A DNA stretch of 64,000 nucleotides, from the NCBI GenBank assembly GCA_963697335.1, contig CAVONQ010000016.1:32001-96000 (forward strand), in the 5' to 3' direction. Under the pieces are notes generated by a model, which saw nothing but the letters and a program-made list of their open reading frames with translations, ran no database searches and had not been told where the DNA came from. Positions 49,484 to 59,553 of the stretch are shown here, piece by piece; within the stretch, counting starts at the first letter, position 1, and the number at the start of each line of letters is the position of its first letter. A program made the translations under genes and the position numbers. The stretch comes from an uncultured cyanobacterium. GTDB taxonomy: Bacteria; Cyanobacteriota; Cyanobacteriia; PCC-6307; Cyanobiaceae.

Positions 49484-50216
49484 GCCGGTTCCTGCCGATC
49501 AGTCCCTCGTCGAGCAGGGCATTGATCTGCTCCTGGCAGGCCCGGGTGGCCGCATCCAGATCGGGTCGACGGCGCGAGCTCGGCGCTGGAATCGGCGTGC
49601 CGATGCGGATGTGGATCGGCACCAGCCGGATGCCGGAGCCACCGGGCCCGAGGGCCCGGTGGCTGTTGAGGATCGCCACCGGCAGCAGGGCTGCGCCGCT
49701 GCGGGCGGCCAGCAGGGCGGCTCCAGCCAGGGGGTTGTTGACCCGGCCGTCGCTCTGGCGGGTGCCATCGAGAAACACGCCGGTGGCCCAGCCCTCCTCA
49801 AGGCGATCTGTGGCGGTGCGGATCGCCTCGCGATCGCCGGCGCCCCGGGCCACGGGATAGGCCCCGCAGGCCCGGATGATCGGCCCCAGCAGCGGCACCC
49901 GGAACAGCTCGGCCTTGGCCATGAAGGCCACGGGCCGGCCGAGGGCATGGCCCAGCAGGGGTGGATCGAGATGGGAGCCATGGTTGGCCACCACCACCAG
50001 AGCCCCCTCGTGGGGCACATGGCCGTTGCCGGCGGTGCGTCCGCGGAACAGCAGGCGGTAGATCGGAAACACCAGCAGATAGCTGATCAGCCGATACACC
50101 AGGCTGGGTCTGGGGGTGCGGATCAGGGCCGGTGGCTCGCTGCGCTTGCGCCGCCGCAGCACCCGCTTCACGGCGTTGACGGGCCGACTGCCCGGGCGCA
50201 GACCGGAGCGGCTCAC
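49440..50216 (-). CDS. plsC: 1-acyl-sn-glycerol-3-phosphate acyltransferase
   Basis: NHGSHLD (HX4D), FMAKAEL, FLDGTR. Confidence 0.92.
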   Translation of the reverse strand: MSRSGLRPGSRPVNAVKRVLRRRKRSEPPALIRTPRPSLVYRLISYLLVFPIYRLLFRGRTAGNGHVPHEGALVVVANHGSHLDPPLLGHALGRPVAFMAKAELFRVPLLGPIIRACGAYPVARGAGDREAIRTATDRLEEGWATGVFLDGTRQSDGRVNNPLAGAALLAARSGAALLPVAILNSHRALGPGGSGIRLVPIHIRIGTPIPAPSSRRRPDLDAATRACQEQINALLDEGLIGRNRLSGASDSAALPPSS

Positions 50217-51103
50217 AGCCCCAGGTCGGCGGCGCCACCGATCTGGGCGGTGGTGATCCCAGGGCAGCTGCGCTTCAGCAGGCCGCTGAGTACCGCTCCG
50301 GGGCCGATCTCCACGGCCGTGGTGATGCCGGCAGCTTCACACTGGGCCATGGTCTCTCGCCAGCGCACGCCGCTGGTCATCTGCTCTCGCAGCCTGGCCT
50401 TGAGCACGTCACCGCGGCTTTCCGGGGTGGGGTCGGTGTTGCTGAGCACGGGCACGCTGGCATCGGCGAAGGGCACGTCCTCAAGCTGGCGGGCAAAGGC
50501 CTCGGCGGCCTCGGCCATGAACGGTGAGTGGAAGGCTCCGCTCACCGCCAGGGGCACAGCGCGCCGGCAGTGCAGCGCCTCGCTCACCTGCGCCACGGCC
50601 TCGGGCGTTCCCGAGAGCACCACCTGGGCGCTGCTGTTGTCATTGGCGATCACCACCCCCGGGTTGGCGGCCACCAGCTCCTCCAGCAGCTCCCGCTCGA
50701 ATCCCATCACCGCCGTCATCGCCCCGCCGCCGCCTGAGGCCATCAGGCTGCTGCGGCTGCGCATCAGCTCCAGGCCGGTGGTCACGTCGAACACCCCGGC
50801 GGCGTAGAGCGCCACCAGCTCACCCAGGCTGTGCCCTGCCATCAGATCGGCCTGCCGGCCCTGGGCCCGCAGGCCATCCACCAGCAGGCTCTCCACCACG
50901 AACAGGGCCGGCTGGGTGTTGCGGGTGTCGTGGAGGTCGCTGAGCTCGCCCTCGGCCTCGCCGGCGCAGATCGCCAGCAGGTCGCGGCCAAGCAGCGCGG
51001 AGGCCTGGTCGAAACGCTGCCGCGCCCCCGGAAGCTCCAGCACGCCCGCGGCCATGCCCAGCTTCTGCGAACCCTGGCCGGGAAACACCCAGGCAATCCC
51101 CAT
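50213..51103 (-). CDS. fabD: malonyl CoA-ACP transacylase
   Basis: FPGQGSQ, TQPAL, GHSLGE, VSGAFHS. Confidence 0.96.
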   Translation of the reverse strand: MGIAWVFPGQGSQKLGMAAGVLELPGARQRFDQASALLGRDLLAICAGEAEGELSDLHDTRNTQPALFVVESLLVDGLRAQGRQADLMAGHSLGELVALYAAGVFDVTTGLELMRSRSSLMASGGGGAMTAVMGFERELLEELVAANPGVVIANDNSSAQVVLSGTPEAVAQVSEALHCRRAVPLAVSGAFHSPFMAEAAEAFARQLEDVPFADASVPVLSNTDPTPESRGDVLKARLREQMTSGVRWRETMAQCEAAGITTAVEIGPGAVLSGLLKRSCPGITTAQIGGAADLGL

Positions 51104-51157
51104 CCCGCTGCCCCTGATCACAACGCCAGAGGCTACGGCCAGACCCCACCGACGCCC

Positions 51158-52240
51158 TCAGGCCTCAGGGCTGGTGGTGGCCTGGGGACCAGACCAGCGC
51201 AGCAGGGCGGCTCCCCAGCTCAGACCGGCTCCGAAGCCACTGCTGCCCAGCAGCTGGCCCGGTTGCACCCGTCCATCGCGCACGGCCTCATCCAGCATCA
51301 GCGGGATGGTGGCGGCCGAGGTGTTGCCATAGGCGGCCAGATTGCTCAGCACCCGCTCGCGGGGCACGGCGAAGCGCTCCGCCACGGCATCGAGGATGCG
51401 TTGGTTGGCCTGGTGCAGCAGCAGCCAGTCCAGCTCGGCGGGCGTGGTACCCGTGCCTTCCAGCAGCTCGGCGAGGATCGCGGGCACTTCCCGCACGGCG
51501 AACTTGTAGACCTCCTGGCCGTTCATCTGGATGGCGGCAAATCCGCCGCGCTGGCTGGTGAGCCCGTCCAGCAGGGGCTGCTGATCCTCGGTCTGGGCCA
51601 GGGTGAGGCAGGCGTTGCGGGAGCCATCGGAGCGCATCCGGAAGCCCAGCAGCCCCGTGGCTTCTGGCGCACAGGCCTCCACCGCCACGGCACCGGCGCC
51701 GTCGCCGAACAGCACGCAGGTGCCCCGGTCGTCCCAGTCCACCCAGCGACTCAGCTGGTCGGCGCCGATCACCAGGGCCCGGCGCACGGACCCGGCGGCG
51801 ATGTACTGCCCCGCGGTGATCAGGGCGAACAGAAAGCCGCTGCAGGCCGCCGTCAGATCGAAGGCCACCGCGTTCACCGCGCCCAGTTGCCCCTGCACCA
51901 GGGGGGCCGTGCCGAACAGGTCGTCGGGACTGGAGGTGGCCAGCAGGATCAGATCGAGATCCTCAGCCCGCCAGCCGGCGTGGGCCAGGGCGGCCGCGGC
52001 GGCCTGGGTCGCCAGGGCTGTGAGCGGCTCGTCCGGCCCCGACACCCGGCGGGCCCCGATGCCGGTGCGGGAGCGGATCCAGGCATCGCTGGTGTCGACC
52101 CGGCGGCTCAGATCCTCGTTGCTGACGCTGGCGCTGGGAACGCCACTGCCGCAGCCCACCAGGGCCATGCCCGGGGTGGCCCTGCCCTGGGTTTCTGCCT
52201 GGGAGAGCGAAACGCCGAGAGCCAAGGGCGGGCGACCCAC
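51158..52240 (-). CDS. fabH: beta-ketoacyl-ACP synthase III
   Basis: WIRSRTGI, AACSGF, FGDGAGA, HQAN, GNTSAA, GFGAGLSW; start uncertain. Confidence 0.96.
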   Translation of the reverse strand: MGRPPLALGVSLSQAETQGRATPGMALVGCGSGVPSASVSNEDLSRRVDTSDAWIRSRTGIGARRVSGPDEPLTALATQAAAAALAHAGWRAEDLDLILLATSSPDDLFGTAPLVQGQLGAVNAVAFDLTAACSGFLFALITAGQYIAAGSVRRALVIGADQLSRWVDWDDRGTCVLFGDGAGAVAVEACAPEATGLLGFRMRSDGSRNACLTLAQTEDQQPLLDGLTSQRGGFAAIQMNGQEVYKFAVREVPAILAELLEGTGTTPAELDWLLLHQANQRILDAVAERFAVPRERVLSNLAAYGNTSAATIPLMLDEAVRDGRVQPGQLLGSSGFGAGLSWGAALLRWSGPQATTSPEA

Positions 52241-52252
52241 AAGTGGGCTCAG

Positions 52253-53563
52253 TCAACCACAGGCCACAGCGCCGCTTTCCTGGCTGAGCGCGTGCAGATT
52301 CACCATCACGCCGTGGTTGGCGGCCGAGTGGGCGAGCCGCAGGGCACTCAGCACCGAGAGGGCCTTGCTGCTGCCATGGCCGATCACACACACACCGTCG
52401 ACGCCGAGCAACAGGGCGCCGCCATGCTCAGCGTGGTCGAGGCGTTTCTTGATGCGGCGCAGGTTGTTGATCAGGAAGGCCGAGCCCACCTTGCCGCGGC
52501 GTCCCCTGGGCAGTTCCACCTTGATCACGTCCAGCAGCACGCTGCCCACACTCTCGAGAAACTTCAGCAGCACGTTGCCGGTGAAGCCGTCGCAGACCAC
52601 CACGTCGAAGGCGCCGGAGAGAATGTCCCGCCCTTCGCAGTTGCCGGCGAAGTGGAAGCGGGGTTCTGAGCTCAGCAGCCCATGGGTGCGCAGACAGAGC
52701 TCGTTGCCCTTGCACGACTCCTCGCCGATGTTCACCAGGCCGATGCGCGGTTGGGCCACCTGCAGCACATCCCGGCTGTAGATGTTGCCGAGCAGGGCGA
52801 ACTGCAGCAGCCACTCGGCCTTGCAGTCCATGTTGGCGCCCACATCCAGCACCAGCACCTGCTGCTCGGGGTCCTTGGTGGGGAACAGGGCGCCGATGGC
52901 GGGGCGGTCGATGCCCTTGAGCCGGCCCAGCCGAAAGATCGCGGCGGCCATCACGGCACCGGAGTTGCCGGCCGAGTACACCGCCGTGGCCTGGCCCTGC
53001 TTCACCAGGTCCATGGCCATGTTGATGCTGGCATCGCGCTTGCGGCGCACCACGGTGGCCTCCTCGTGCATGCCCACCGAGGGGCCACTGGGCACCAGCT
53101 GGACCAGCCCGGCGCTGATGGCGTCCTGGAGGCGGTCCTGCAGCCCGAGCTCGGCAGCAGCGGCCTGCAGCGGGGCGGTTTCCGCCACGAAGCGAATGCG
53201 CAGCGGCAGGCGCTCCACGGCCTGCAGGCAGCCCTCCAGGATCGGTCCTGGTGCGTGGTCGCCGCCCATGCCGTCCACGGCCACCCAGAGGCGGTCGGCG
53301 TCGTTGATGGGCTCGTCCTCATCGGGGCCGCCCAGGCCCCGCTGCAGGCGCCGCAGGGGGTCCACCACCAGCGGCTGCAGCACGGTGTTGGCGGCGCTGC
53401 TGGCCACACCGGCGACACTGCCCGCCCCGGACACTGCCGTGCTGGCGGCGGTGCTGGCGGTGCCGACCAGGGAGGTCACCGCGGCATTGCGGCGATACCA
53501 GATCACCAGGCGGCGGATCGCCCGCCGCGGTTTGGTGCGCTTCTCAGGCTCCTTCGGGGGCAA
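52253..53563 (-). CDS. plsX: phosphate acyltransferase PlsX
   Basis: AVDGMGGD, SAGNSGA, LDVGAN, NIGEE, CDGFTGN, IGHGSS. Confidence 0.95.
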   Translation of the reverse strand: MPPKEPEKRTKPRRAIRRLVIWYRRNAAVTSLVGTASTAASTAVSGAGSVAGVASSAANTVLQPLVVDPLRRLQRGLGGPDEDEPINDADRLWVAVDGMGGDHAPGPILEGCLQAVERLPLRIRFVAETAPLQAAAAELGLQDRLQDAISAGLVQLVPSGPSVGMHEEATVVRRKRDASINMAMDLVKQGQATAVYSAGNSGAVMAAAIFRLGRLKGIDRPAIGALFPTKDPEQQVLVLDVGANMDCKAEWLLQFALLGNIYSRDVLQVAQPRIGLVNIGEESCKGNELCLRTHGLLSSEPRFHFAGNCEGRDILSGAFDVVVCDGFTGNVLLKFLESVGSVLLDVIKVELPRGRRGKVGSAFLINNLRRIKKRLDHAEHGGALLLGVDGVCVIGHGSSKALSVLSALRLAHSAANHGVMVNLHALSQESGAVACG

Positions 53564-54302
53564 CGGGATCGACGATGCGTTGGAACAGATAGCCGGTGCC
53601 CCGCGCCGTGAGGATCAGCTCGGGGTTGGCCGGATCATCCTCCAGTTTGGAGCGCAGTCGGGAGATGTGGACATCCACCACCCTGGTGTCCACGTGACGC
53701 TCGGGGGTGTAACCCCATACCTCCTTGAGAATCTCGCCGCGGCTGAAGGGCTCGCCGCTGCGGCTCACCAGCAGTTCCAGCAGGCTGAACTCCATGCCGG
53801 TGAGTCGGATCCGCTCATCGCCGCGGTACACCTGGCGCTTGTTGGTGTCGATGCGCAGGTCACCCACACCGATCACCCCCGAGTTGGGGATGCCCGCCAC
53901 CTGTTCCTTCTCCACCCGGCGCAGCACGCAGCGGATGCGGGCCTCCAGCTCCTTGGGGCTGAAGGGCTTCACCACGTAGTCGTCGGCGCCGAGCTCAAGG
54001 CCGGTGATCCGGTCGGCCACGTCGCCGAGGGCAGTGAGCATCACGATCGGCACGTCGGATTCCTTGCGCAGCTCCTGGCACACTCCGTAGCCGTCCAGCC
54101 GGGGCATCATCACGTCGAGCACCACCAGGTCGGGGGGCTGCTCGCGGAACCGCTCCAGGGCCTCCAGGCCGTCGGCGGCGGTCACCACCTCGTAGCCGAT
54201 CATCGACAGCCGGGTCTCGAGGATCCGGCGGATACTGGCCTCGTCATCGACGACCAGGATCGTCTCTTTCTCTCGAACTGGACTGGTGGGTGACGCCGTC
54301 AT
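53544..54302 (-). CDS. rpaB: OmpR-family response regulator RpaB
   Basis: ILETRLSMIGY, LTGMEFSLLELL, GYTPERHVDTRVVDVHISRLR. Confidence 0.95.
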   Translation of the reverse strand: MTASPTSPVREKETILVVDDEASIRRILETRLSMIGYEVVTAADGLEALERFREQPPDLVVLDVMMPRLDGYGVCQELRKESDVPIVMLTALGDVADRITGLELGADDYVVKPFSPKELEARIRCVLRRVEKEQVAGIPNSGVIGVGDLRIDTNKRQVYRGDERIRLTGMEFSLLELLVSRSGEPFSRGEILKEVWGYTPERHVDTRVVDVHISRLRSKLEDDPANPELILTARGTGYLFQRIVDPVAPEGA

Positions 54303-54405
54303 CTCCTCCGTTCGACCTGTACATCAGATCGCCCTACTGAAAAGGCCAGAGGGGCGGTTATTTCATGCAACGCCACCTTTCTTCATAGTCTCCGCCCACC
54401 AGCCC

Positions 54406-55827
54406 GTGGCCAAGCCCCTCTCCATCTACGTCTGCAGCGGCTGTGGGGCCCAGTCACGCCAGTTCTTCGGGCGCTGCAACGCCTGCGGCAGCTGGAACAC
54501 CCTGGTGGAACAGGTCGGCTCCACCGACAACCGCCGCCTGCGGGCCGCCCCCGCCGCCCCCGGGGCCGCCTCCCCGGCCCAGCCCCGGCGCTCTAAGTCG
54601 ATCCAGGCTGCCGGCGATCAGCCGCTGCAGCGCCTGGCCAGTGGCTACGGCGAGCTGGACCGGGTGCTGGGCGGCGGCCTGGTGCCGGGCTCCCTGGTGC
54701 TGCTGGGGGGGGATCCGGGCATCGGCAAGAGCACGCTGCTGTTGCAGAGCGCCCGCTCGATGGCCGAGCGGGCCTCGGTGCTCTACGTGAGCGCCGAGGA
54801 GTCTGCCCAGCAGGTGAAGCTGCGCTGGCGGCGCCTGGCTCCGCCGACGCAGGCTGCCGAGGCCGATGTGCAGCTGCTGGCCGAGACCGACCTCGAACTG
54901 GTGCTGCAGGAGCTGGAAGCCCTCCGCCCCGCCGTGGCGATCATCGACAGCATTCAGGCCCTGCACGACGCCCAGCTCACCAGTGCCCCGGGTTCGGTGG
55001 CCCAGGTGCGCGAGTGTGCCGCCGCCCTGGCCCGCATCGCCAAGCGCCAGGACACGGCCCTGCTGCTGGTGGGCCACGTGACCAAGGAGGGCATGCTGGC
55101 CGGTCCCAAGGTGCTCGAGCACCTGGTGGATGCGGTGCTCACCTTCGAGGGCGACCGCTTCGCCAGCCATCGGTTGCTGCGGGCCGTGAAGAACCGCTTC
55201 GGGGCCACCCACGAGCTCGGGGTGTTCGAGATGCGGGATCAGGGGCTGGCGGAGGTGAGCAATCCCAGTGAGCTGTTCCTGGGGGGGGCGGAGCCCAGCA
55301 GCGGCAGCGCCACGATCGTGGCCTGTGAGGGCACCAGGCCCCTGCTGGTGGAGCTGCAGGCGCTGGTGAGCGGCACCAGCTACGCCAGCCCCCGGCGCAG
55401 TGCCACCGGCATCGCCGTGAACCGCTTGCACCAGATCCTGGCGGTGCTGGAGAAGCATCTGGGCCTGCCGCTGTCGCGCTTCGACTGCTACCTGGCCGTG
55501 GCCGGAGGCCTGGAGGTGGAGGAGCCCGCCGCGGATCTGGGCGTGGCGGCGGCGGTGGTGGCCAGCTACCGCGATCTGGTGCTGCCGCCGGGCACGGTGC
55601 TGGTGGGCGAGCTGGGGCTCGGAGGGCAGCTGCGGCCCGTGGGCCAGCTGGAGCTGCGGTTGCAGGAGGCGGAGCGGCTGGGGTTTGCCCGGGCCGTGGT
55701 GCCCCGGGGCAGCGGCCTGGGCGGGTCGGGCCGGGTTGCGGGGCTGCAGGTGCTGGAGGCGGGCACCGTGGCGGAGGCCCTGGTGGCGGCCCTGGGGGTC
55801 TCCCTCGGGGAGGACGAGCCCGGTTGA
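54406..55827 (+). CDS. radA: DNA repair protein RadA/Sms
   Basis: C4 zinc finger, GDPGIGKSTL, IDSIQ, KNRFG; GTG start 54406. Confidence 0.96.
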   Translation: MAKPLSIYVCSGCGAQSRQFFGRCNACGSWNTLVEQVGSTDNRRLRAAPAAPGAASPAQPRRSKSIQAAGDQPLQRLASGYGELDRVLGGGLVPGSLVLLGGDPGIGKSTLLLQSARSMAERASVLYVSAEESAQQVKLRWRRLAPPTQAAEADVQLLAETDLELVLQELEALRPAVAIIDSIQALHDAQLTSAPGSVAQVRECAAALARIAKRQDTALLLVGHVTKEGMLAGPKVLEHLVDAVLTFEGDRFASHRLLRAVKNRFGATHELGVFEMRDQGLAEVSNPSELFLGGAEPSSGSATIVACEGTRPLLVELQALVSGTSYASPRRSATGIAVNRLHQILAVLEKHLGLPLSRFDCYLAVAGGLEVEEPAADLGVAAAVVASYRDLVLPPGTVLVGELGLGGQLRPVGQLELRLQEAERLGFARAVVPRGSGLGGSGRVAGLQVLEAGTVAEALVAALGVSLGEDEPG

Positions 55828-55855
55828 GCGCGGGGGGAGGCCGTCGCCGCAAGCC

Positions 55856-56377
55856 TCAGAAGTAGACGTCCACGCTGCCGCGGCCGCTGGTTTTCAACCA
55901 GTTCTGGGCCTCGATGTAGTTGTTCGGGGCCATGCGGATCGCCTTGGCCCAGCATTCGGCGGCCAGGTCGTAGCAGCGGTCCGACTCATCCGCATCGCCC
56001 TTTTCCTCCGCGATCGAGCCCAGATGGTGGTGGATCACCGCCATGTTGTTGAGCACCTGGGGCATCTTGCTGTTGAGGTCCAGGGCCTGACCGTAGAAGT
56101 CGAGCGCCTTCTGGTGCTCGCCGTTGGAGGCGAACACGAGGGCCATGTTGTAGAGGATGAAGGCCTTGTCGTTGGGGTCGTCCTCCAGGGTGAGAGCTTC
56201 CTCGTAGTTCTCGAGGGCCTCGGCGTACTCCCCATCCGCCTGGGCACTCATGCCATCGCGGTAGTACGCGAAGGCCTCCTTGGCCCGGCGGTTCGTGGGC
56301 AGCACCTTGAGGATCAGGTCGGCCATCACCGTGAAGCTCTTGTCGATGAAGTTGTCGTTGCGTTGGGAGCGGGGCAC
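55856..56377 (-). CDS. ycf3: photosystem I assembly protein Ycf3
   Basis: [39 protein letters not shown]. Confidence 0.97.
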   Translation of the reverse strand: MPRSQRNDNFIDKSFTVMADLILKVLPTNRRAKEAFAYYRDGMSAQADGEYAEALENYEEALTLEDDPNDKAFILYNMALVFASNGEHQKALDFYGQALDLNSKMPQVLNNMAVIHHHLGSIAEEKGDADESDRCYDLAAECWAKAIRMAPNNYIEAQNWLKTSGRGSVDVYF

Positions 56378-56470
56378 CGGCGGGTCAGCGAGCTTCGAGT
56401 GGCCCCATCCTGGCCGATCTGCCGGCGCCGGATCGGCCTGACCCGAGTGACCGGCCTAGCCTGATCCCAC

Positions 56471-58909
56471 TTGCCTGCACCGGGTCTGGCCCCGCCCCTG
56501 TCTCCACAGCCGCTCGAGCCCCTGTTGCTGGAGATCGAAGGCATGAAGTGCGGCGGCTGCGTGCGGGCTGTGGAGCGGCGCCTGCTGGCCCAGCCCGCCG
56601 TGCGTCACGCCAGCGTGAGTCTGCTCACCCGCACGGCCTGGGTCGATCTCGAGCCCAGCCCGGCCAGCCCCAGCGGTCCCCAGGCCACCCTCTCCGGGCT
56701 GCAGGAGGCCCTGGCGGGCCTGGGTTTCGGGGTCCGGCTGAGGGAGGGTTCCGCCCAGGAGCTGTCGCTTGCGACGCGCCAGCAGCAGAGCTGGTGGAGC
56801 CGCTGGCGGCAGCTGCTGGCCGCCCTGGGGCTGCTGCTGTTGTCGGCGCTCGGCCATCTGGCTCCCCAGCCCGGTTCCTTCTGGCCCCATGCGGTGGTGG
56901 CCAGCTTCGCCCTGGCCGGTCCTGGCCGGGGCATCCTCATCGCCGGTGTCCGCGCCGCCCTCGCCAGGGTGCCCTCGATGGACACCCTGGTGGGCCTCGG
57001 GGTGGTCAGTGCCTACCTGGCCAGCCTGGTGGGTCTGCTCTGGCCGGCCAGTGGTCTGCCCTGCTTCTTCAACGAGCCCGTGATGCTGCTGGGCTTCGTG
57101 CTGCTCGGCCGCTTTCTGGAGGAGCGGGCGCGCTACCGCACCGGTGAGGCCCTGCAGCAGCTGGCGGCGCTTCAGCCCGATACGGCCCTGCTGGCCATGG
57201 ACGACGGTCCGGCGCGGCAGGTCCGCGTCGGCGCTCTGCGCCCCGGCGACCGCATCCGCCTGCTGCCGGGGGATCGGCTGCCCGTCGACGCCAGGGTGCT
57301 CGAGGGCGAGTCGTCCCTGGATGTGTCCGGGCTCACGGGTGAGCCCCTGCCCCAGCCAGTGCAGCCGGGCGCCGAGCTGGGGGCCGGTTGCCTGAACCTG
57401 CTGGGCCCGCTGCTGCTGGAGGTGCGCCGCCCGGGATCGGAGAGCGCCGTGGCCCGGATCGTTCAGCTGGTGGAGCGGGCCATGGCCCGCAAGGCCCCGA
57501 TCCAGGGGCTGGCCGACCGGGTGGCGGGCCGGTTCACCCTGGTGGTGCTGGCCCTGGCCCTGGCCACGTTTCTGTTCTGGTGGCAGTGGGGCACCCACCT
57601 GTGGCCCGAAGTGCTGCAGCCCGCCGGCGCCCAGGGAGCGGCCCATGCTGTGCATGGTTCCCACGGCCTGCTGGGCGCGGGAGCCAGCACCCCCCTGTCG
57701 CTCGCCCTGGAGCTCGCCATCGCCGTGCTGGTGGTGGCCTGTCCCTGTGCTCTGGGGCTGGCGACCCCCACGGCCATCGCCGTGGGCACGGGTGTGGCCG
57801 CCCGGCAGGGGCTGCTGTTCCGCGGCGGCGACGCGATCGAAACCGCCTCGCGGCTGCGCACGATCCTGTTCGACAAGACCGGCACCCTCACCAGCGGACG
57901 GCCCTTGGTGCGGGCGGTGGTGGCGCTGGCTGCGGCGCCCCCTGCTGCCGGTCTCCCGGCCGGGCCCGCTGCGCCACTGGCCACGGCAGAGCAGCTGCTG
58001 CAGTGGGCGGCCAGTCTTGAGGCCAGCACCCGCCACCCCCTGGCGTTTGCGCTGCAACAGCAGGCCGAGGCGCGCGGGGTGCCCCTGCTGCCGCTGCAGA
58101 GCGCCCACACCAGGGCCGGCGCCGGCGTGGAGGGGGTGATCGCGGGCGTCAGCTTCCGGCTCGGACGGCTCGACTGGGTGGTGCCAGGGGCGAGTGAAGC
58201 CAGCCTGGCTGAGGCCAGTCAGCGCCGCGATCAGCTCGAGCGGCAGGGAGCCACCGTGCTGGCCCTGGCCAGTGGCCAGAGCCTGCTGGGATTGATCGCC
58301 GTTGACGATCCCTGCCGGCCGGAGGCCGCCTGGGTGCTGGCGCGCCTGCGGCAGCGCGGTCTGCGCCTGGGCCTGTTGAGTGGGGATCGGGCCGAACCGG
58401 TGCGACGCCTCGGCGCCAGCCTCGGCCTGGCCCCCCAGGAGCTGGCCTGGCAGCAGACCCCTGAACAGAAACTGGCCGCGATCGAGGCCCTCCAGGTTGA
58501 CGCCGGCCCGGTGGCGATGGTGGGTGATGGCATCAACGATGCCCCGGCCCTGGCCGCCGCCGACCTGGGGGTAGCCGTCGGTACAGGCACCGGCGTGGCC
58601 CAGGACACGGCAGCTCTGGTGGTGCTTGGGGAGCGTCTCGATGGCATTCCCCAGGCCCTGGAGCTGGCCGACCGCACCATGGCCAAGGTGCGCCAGAACC
58701 TCTTCTGGGCCTTCGGCTACAACCTGATCATGCTGCCGATCGCTGCCGGCGTGCTGCTGCCGAGCCGGGGGCTGCTGCTGAGCCCTCCCCTGGCGGCCCT
58801 GCTGATGGCCCTGAGCTCGATCACGGTGGTGCTGAATGCCCTGGGGCTCAATGCCCTCCCACCCCAGGCCTGCGCTGCCGCTGATCCCCTCGCCCCCTCC
58901 AGCCCATGA
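56471..58909 (+). CDS. Cu(I)-type P1B ATPase (CtaA-like)
   Basis: GMKCGGC metal-binding domain, TGE, CPCALG, DKTGT, HP, GDGINDAP, YN and MALSS. Confidence 0.92.
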   Translation: MPAPGLAPPLSPQPLEPLLLEIEGMKCGGCVRAVERRLLAQPAVRHASVSLLTRTAWVDLEPSPASPSGPQATLSGLQEALAGLGFGVRLREGSAQELSLATRQQQSWWSRWRQLLAALGLLLLSALGHLAPQPGSFWPHAVVASFALAGPGRGILIAGVRAALARVPSMDTLVGLGVVSAYLASLVGLLWPASGLPCFFNEPVMLLGFVLLGRFLEERARYRTGEALQQLAALQPDTALLAMDDGPARQVRVGALRPGDRIRLLPGDRLPVDARVLEGESSLDVSGLTGEPLPQPVQPGAELGAGCLNLLGPLLLEVRRPGSESAVARIVQLVERAMARKAPIQGLADRVAGRFTLVVLALALATFLFWWQWGTHLWPEVLQPAGAQGAAHAVHGSHGLLGAGASTPLSLALELAIAVLVVACPCALGLATPTAIAVGTGVAARQGLLFRGGDAIETASRLRTILFDKTGTLTSGRPLVRAVVALAAAPPAAGLPAGPAAPLATAEQLLQWAASLEASTRHPLAFALQQQAEARGVPLLPLQSAHTRAGAGVEGVIAGVSFRLGRLDWVVPGASEASLAEASQRRDQLERQGATVLALASGQSLLGLIAVDDPCRPEAAWVLARLRQRGLRLGLLSGDRAEPVRRLGASLGLAPQELAWQQTPEQKLAAIEALQVDAGPVAMVGDGINDAPALAAADLGVAVGTGTGVAQDTAALVVLGERLDGIPQALELADRTMAKVRQNLFWAFGYNLIMLPIAAGVLLPSRGLLLSPPLAALLMALSSITVVLNALGLNALPPQACAAADPLAPSSP

Positions 58910-59553
58910 GCGGCCCCGGCCGCTTCGTGGTGCTGGAGGGCATCGATGGCTGCGGCAAGAGCACCCAGCTGCAGGCCCTGGCGGGCTGGCTGCGGGGGGA
59001 GGGGCGCGGTTGCCTGCCCGAGGGCCGCAGCCTGCAGGTCACCCGCGAACCTGGCGGCACGCCGCTGGGCCAGGCCCTGCGCCAGCTGCTGCTGCATCCC
59101 CCCGGAGAGGCGGCTCCGGTGAGCAAGGCGGAGCTGCTGCTCTACGCGGCTGATCGGGCCCAGCACGTGGAGCAGACGATCAGGCCGGCCCTGGCCGCCG
59201 GCGACTGGGTGCTCAGTGATCGCTTCAGTGCCTCCACGGCCGCCTACCAGGGCCATGGCCGCGGCCTGGACCTGGCCCTGATCACCGCCCTGGAGCAGGT
59301 GGCCACCGGCGGACTGCGGCCCGATCTGACCCTCTGGCTCGACCTGCCCCTGGCGGAGTCGCTGCGGCGCCGCGGGCCTCGGCCCGCCGATCGGATCGAG
59401 GCGGAGGGTCCCCTGTTCCTGGAGCGGGTGGCGCGGGGCTTTGCCGAGCAGGCCCGCCAACCGGGCTGGTGTCGCATCGATGCCGCGGCTCCGCCCCAGG
59501 GGGTCACCGAGGCCTGCTGCCAGGCCCTGCGGGAGCTTGCGGCCTCGCCATGA
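58906..59553 (+). CDS. tmk: thymidylate kinase
   Basis: EGIDGCGKST, TREPGG, ADRAQH, SDRF..ST.AYQG. Confidence 0.96.
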   Translation: MSGPGRFVVLEGIDGCGKSTQLQALAGWLRGEGRGCLPEGRSLQVTREPGGTPLGQALRQLLLHPPGEAAPVSKAELLLYAADRAQHVEQTIRPALAAGDWVLSDRFSASTAAYQGHGRGLDLALITALEQVATGGLRPDLTLWLDLPLAESLRRRGPRPADRIEAEGPLFLERVARGFAEQARQPGWCRIDAAAPPQGVTEACCQALRELAASP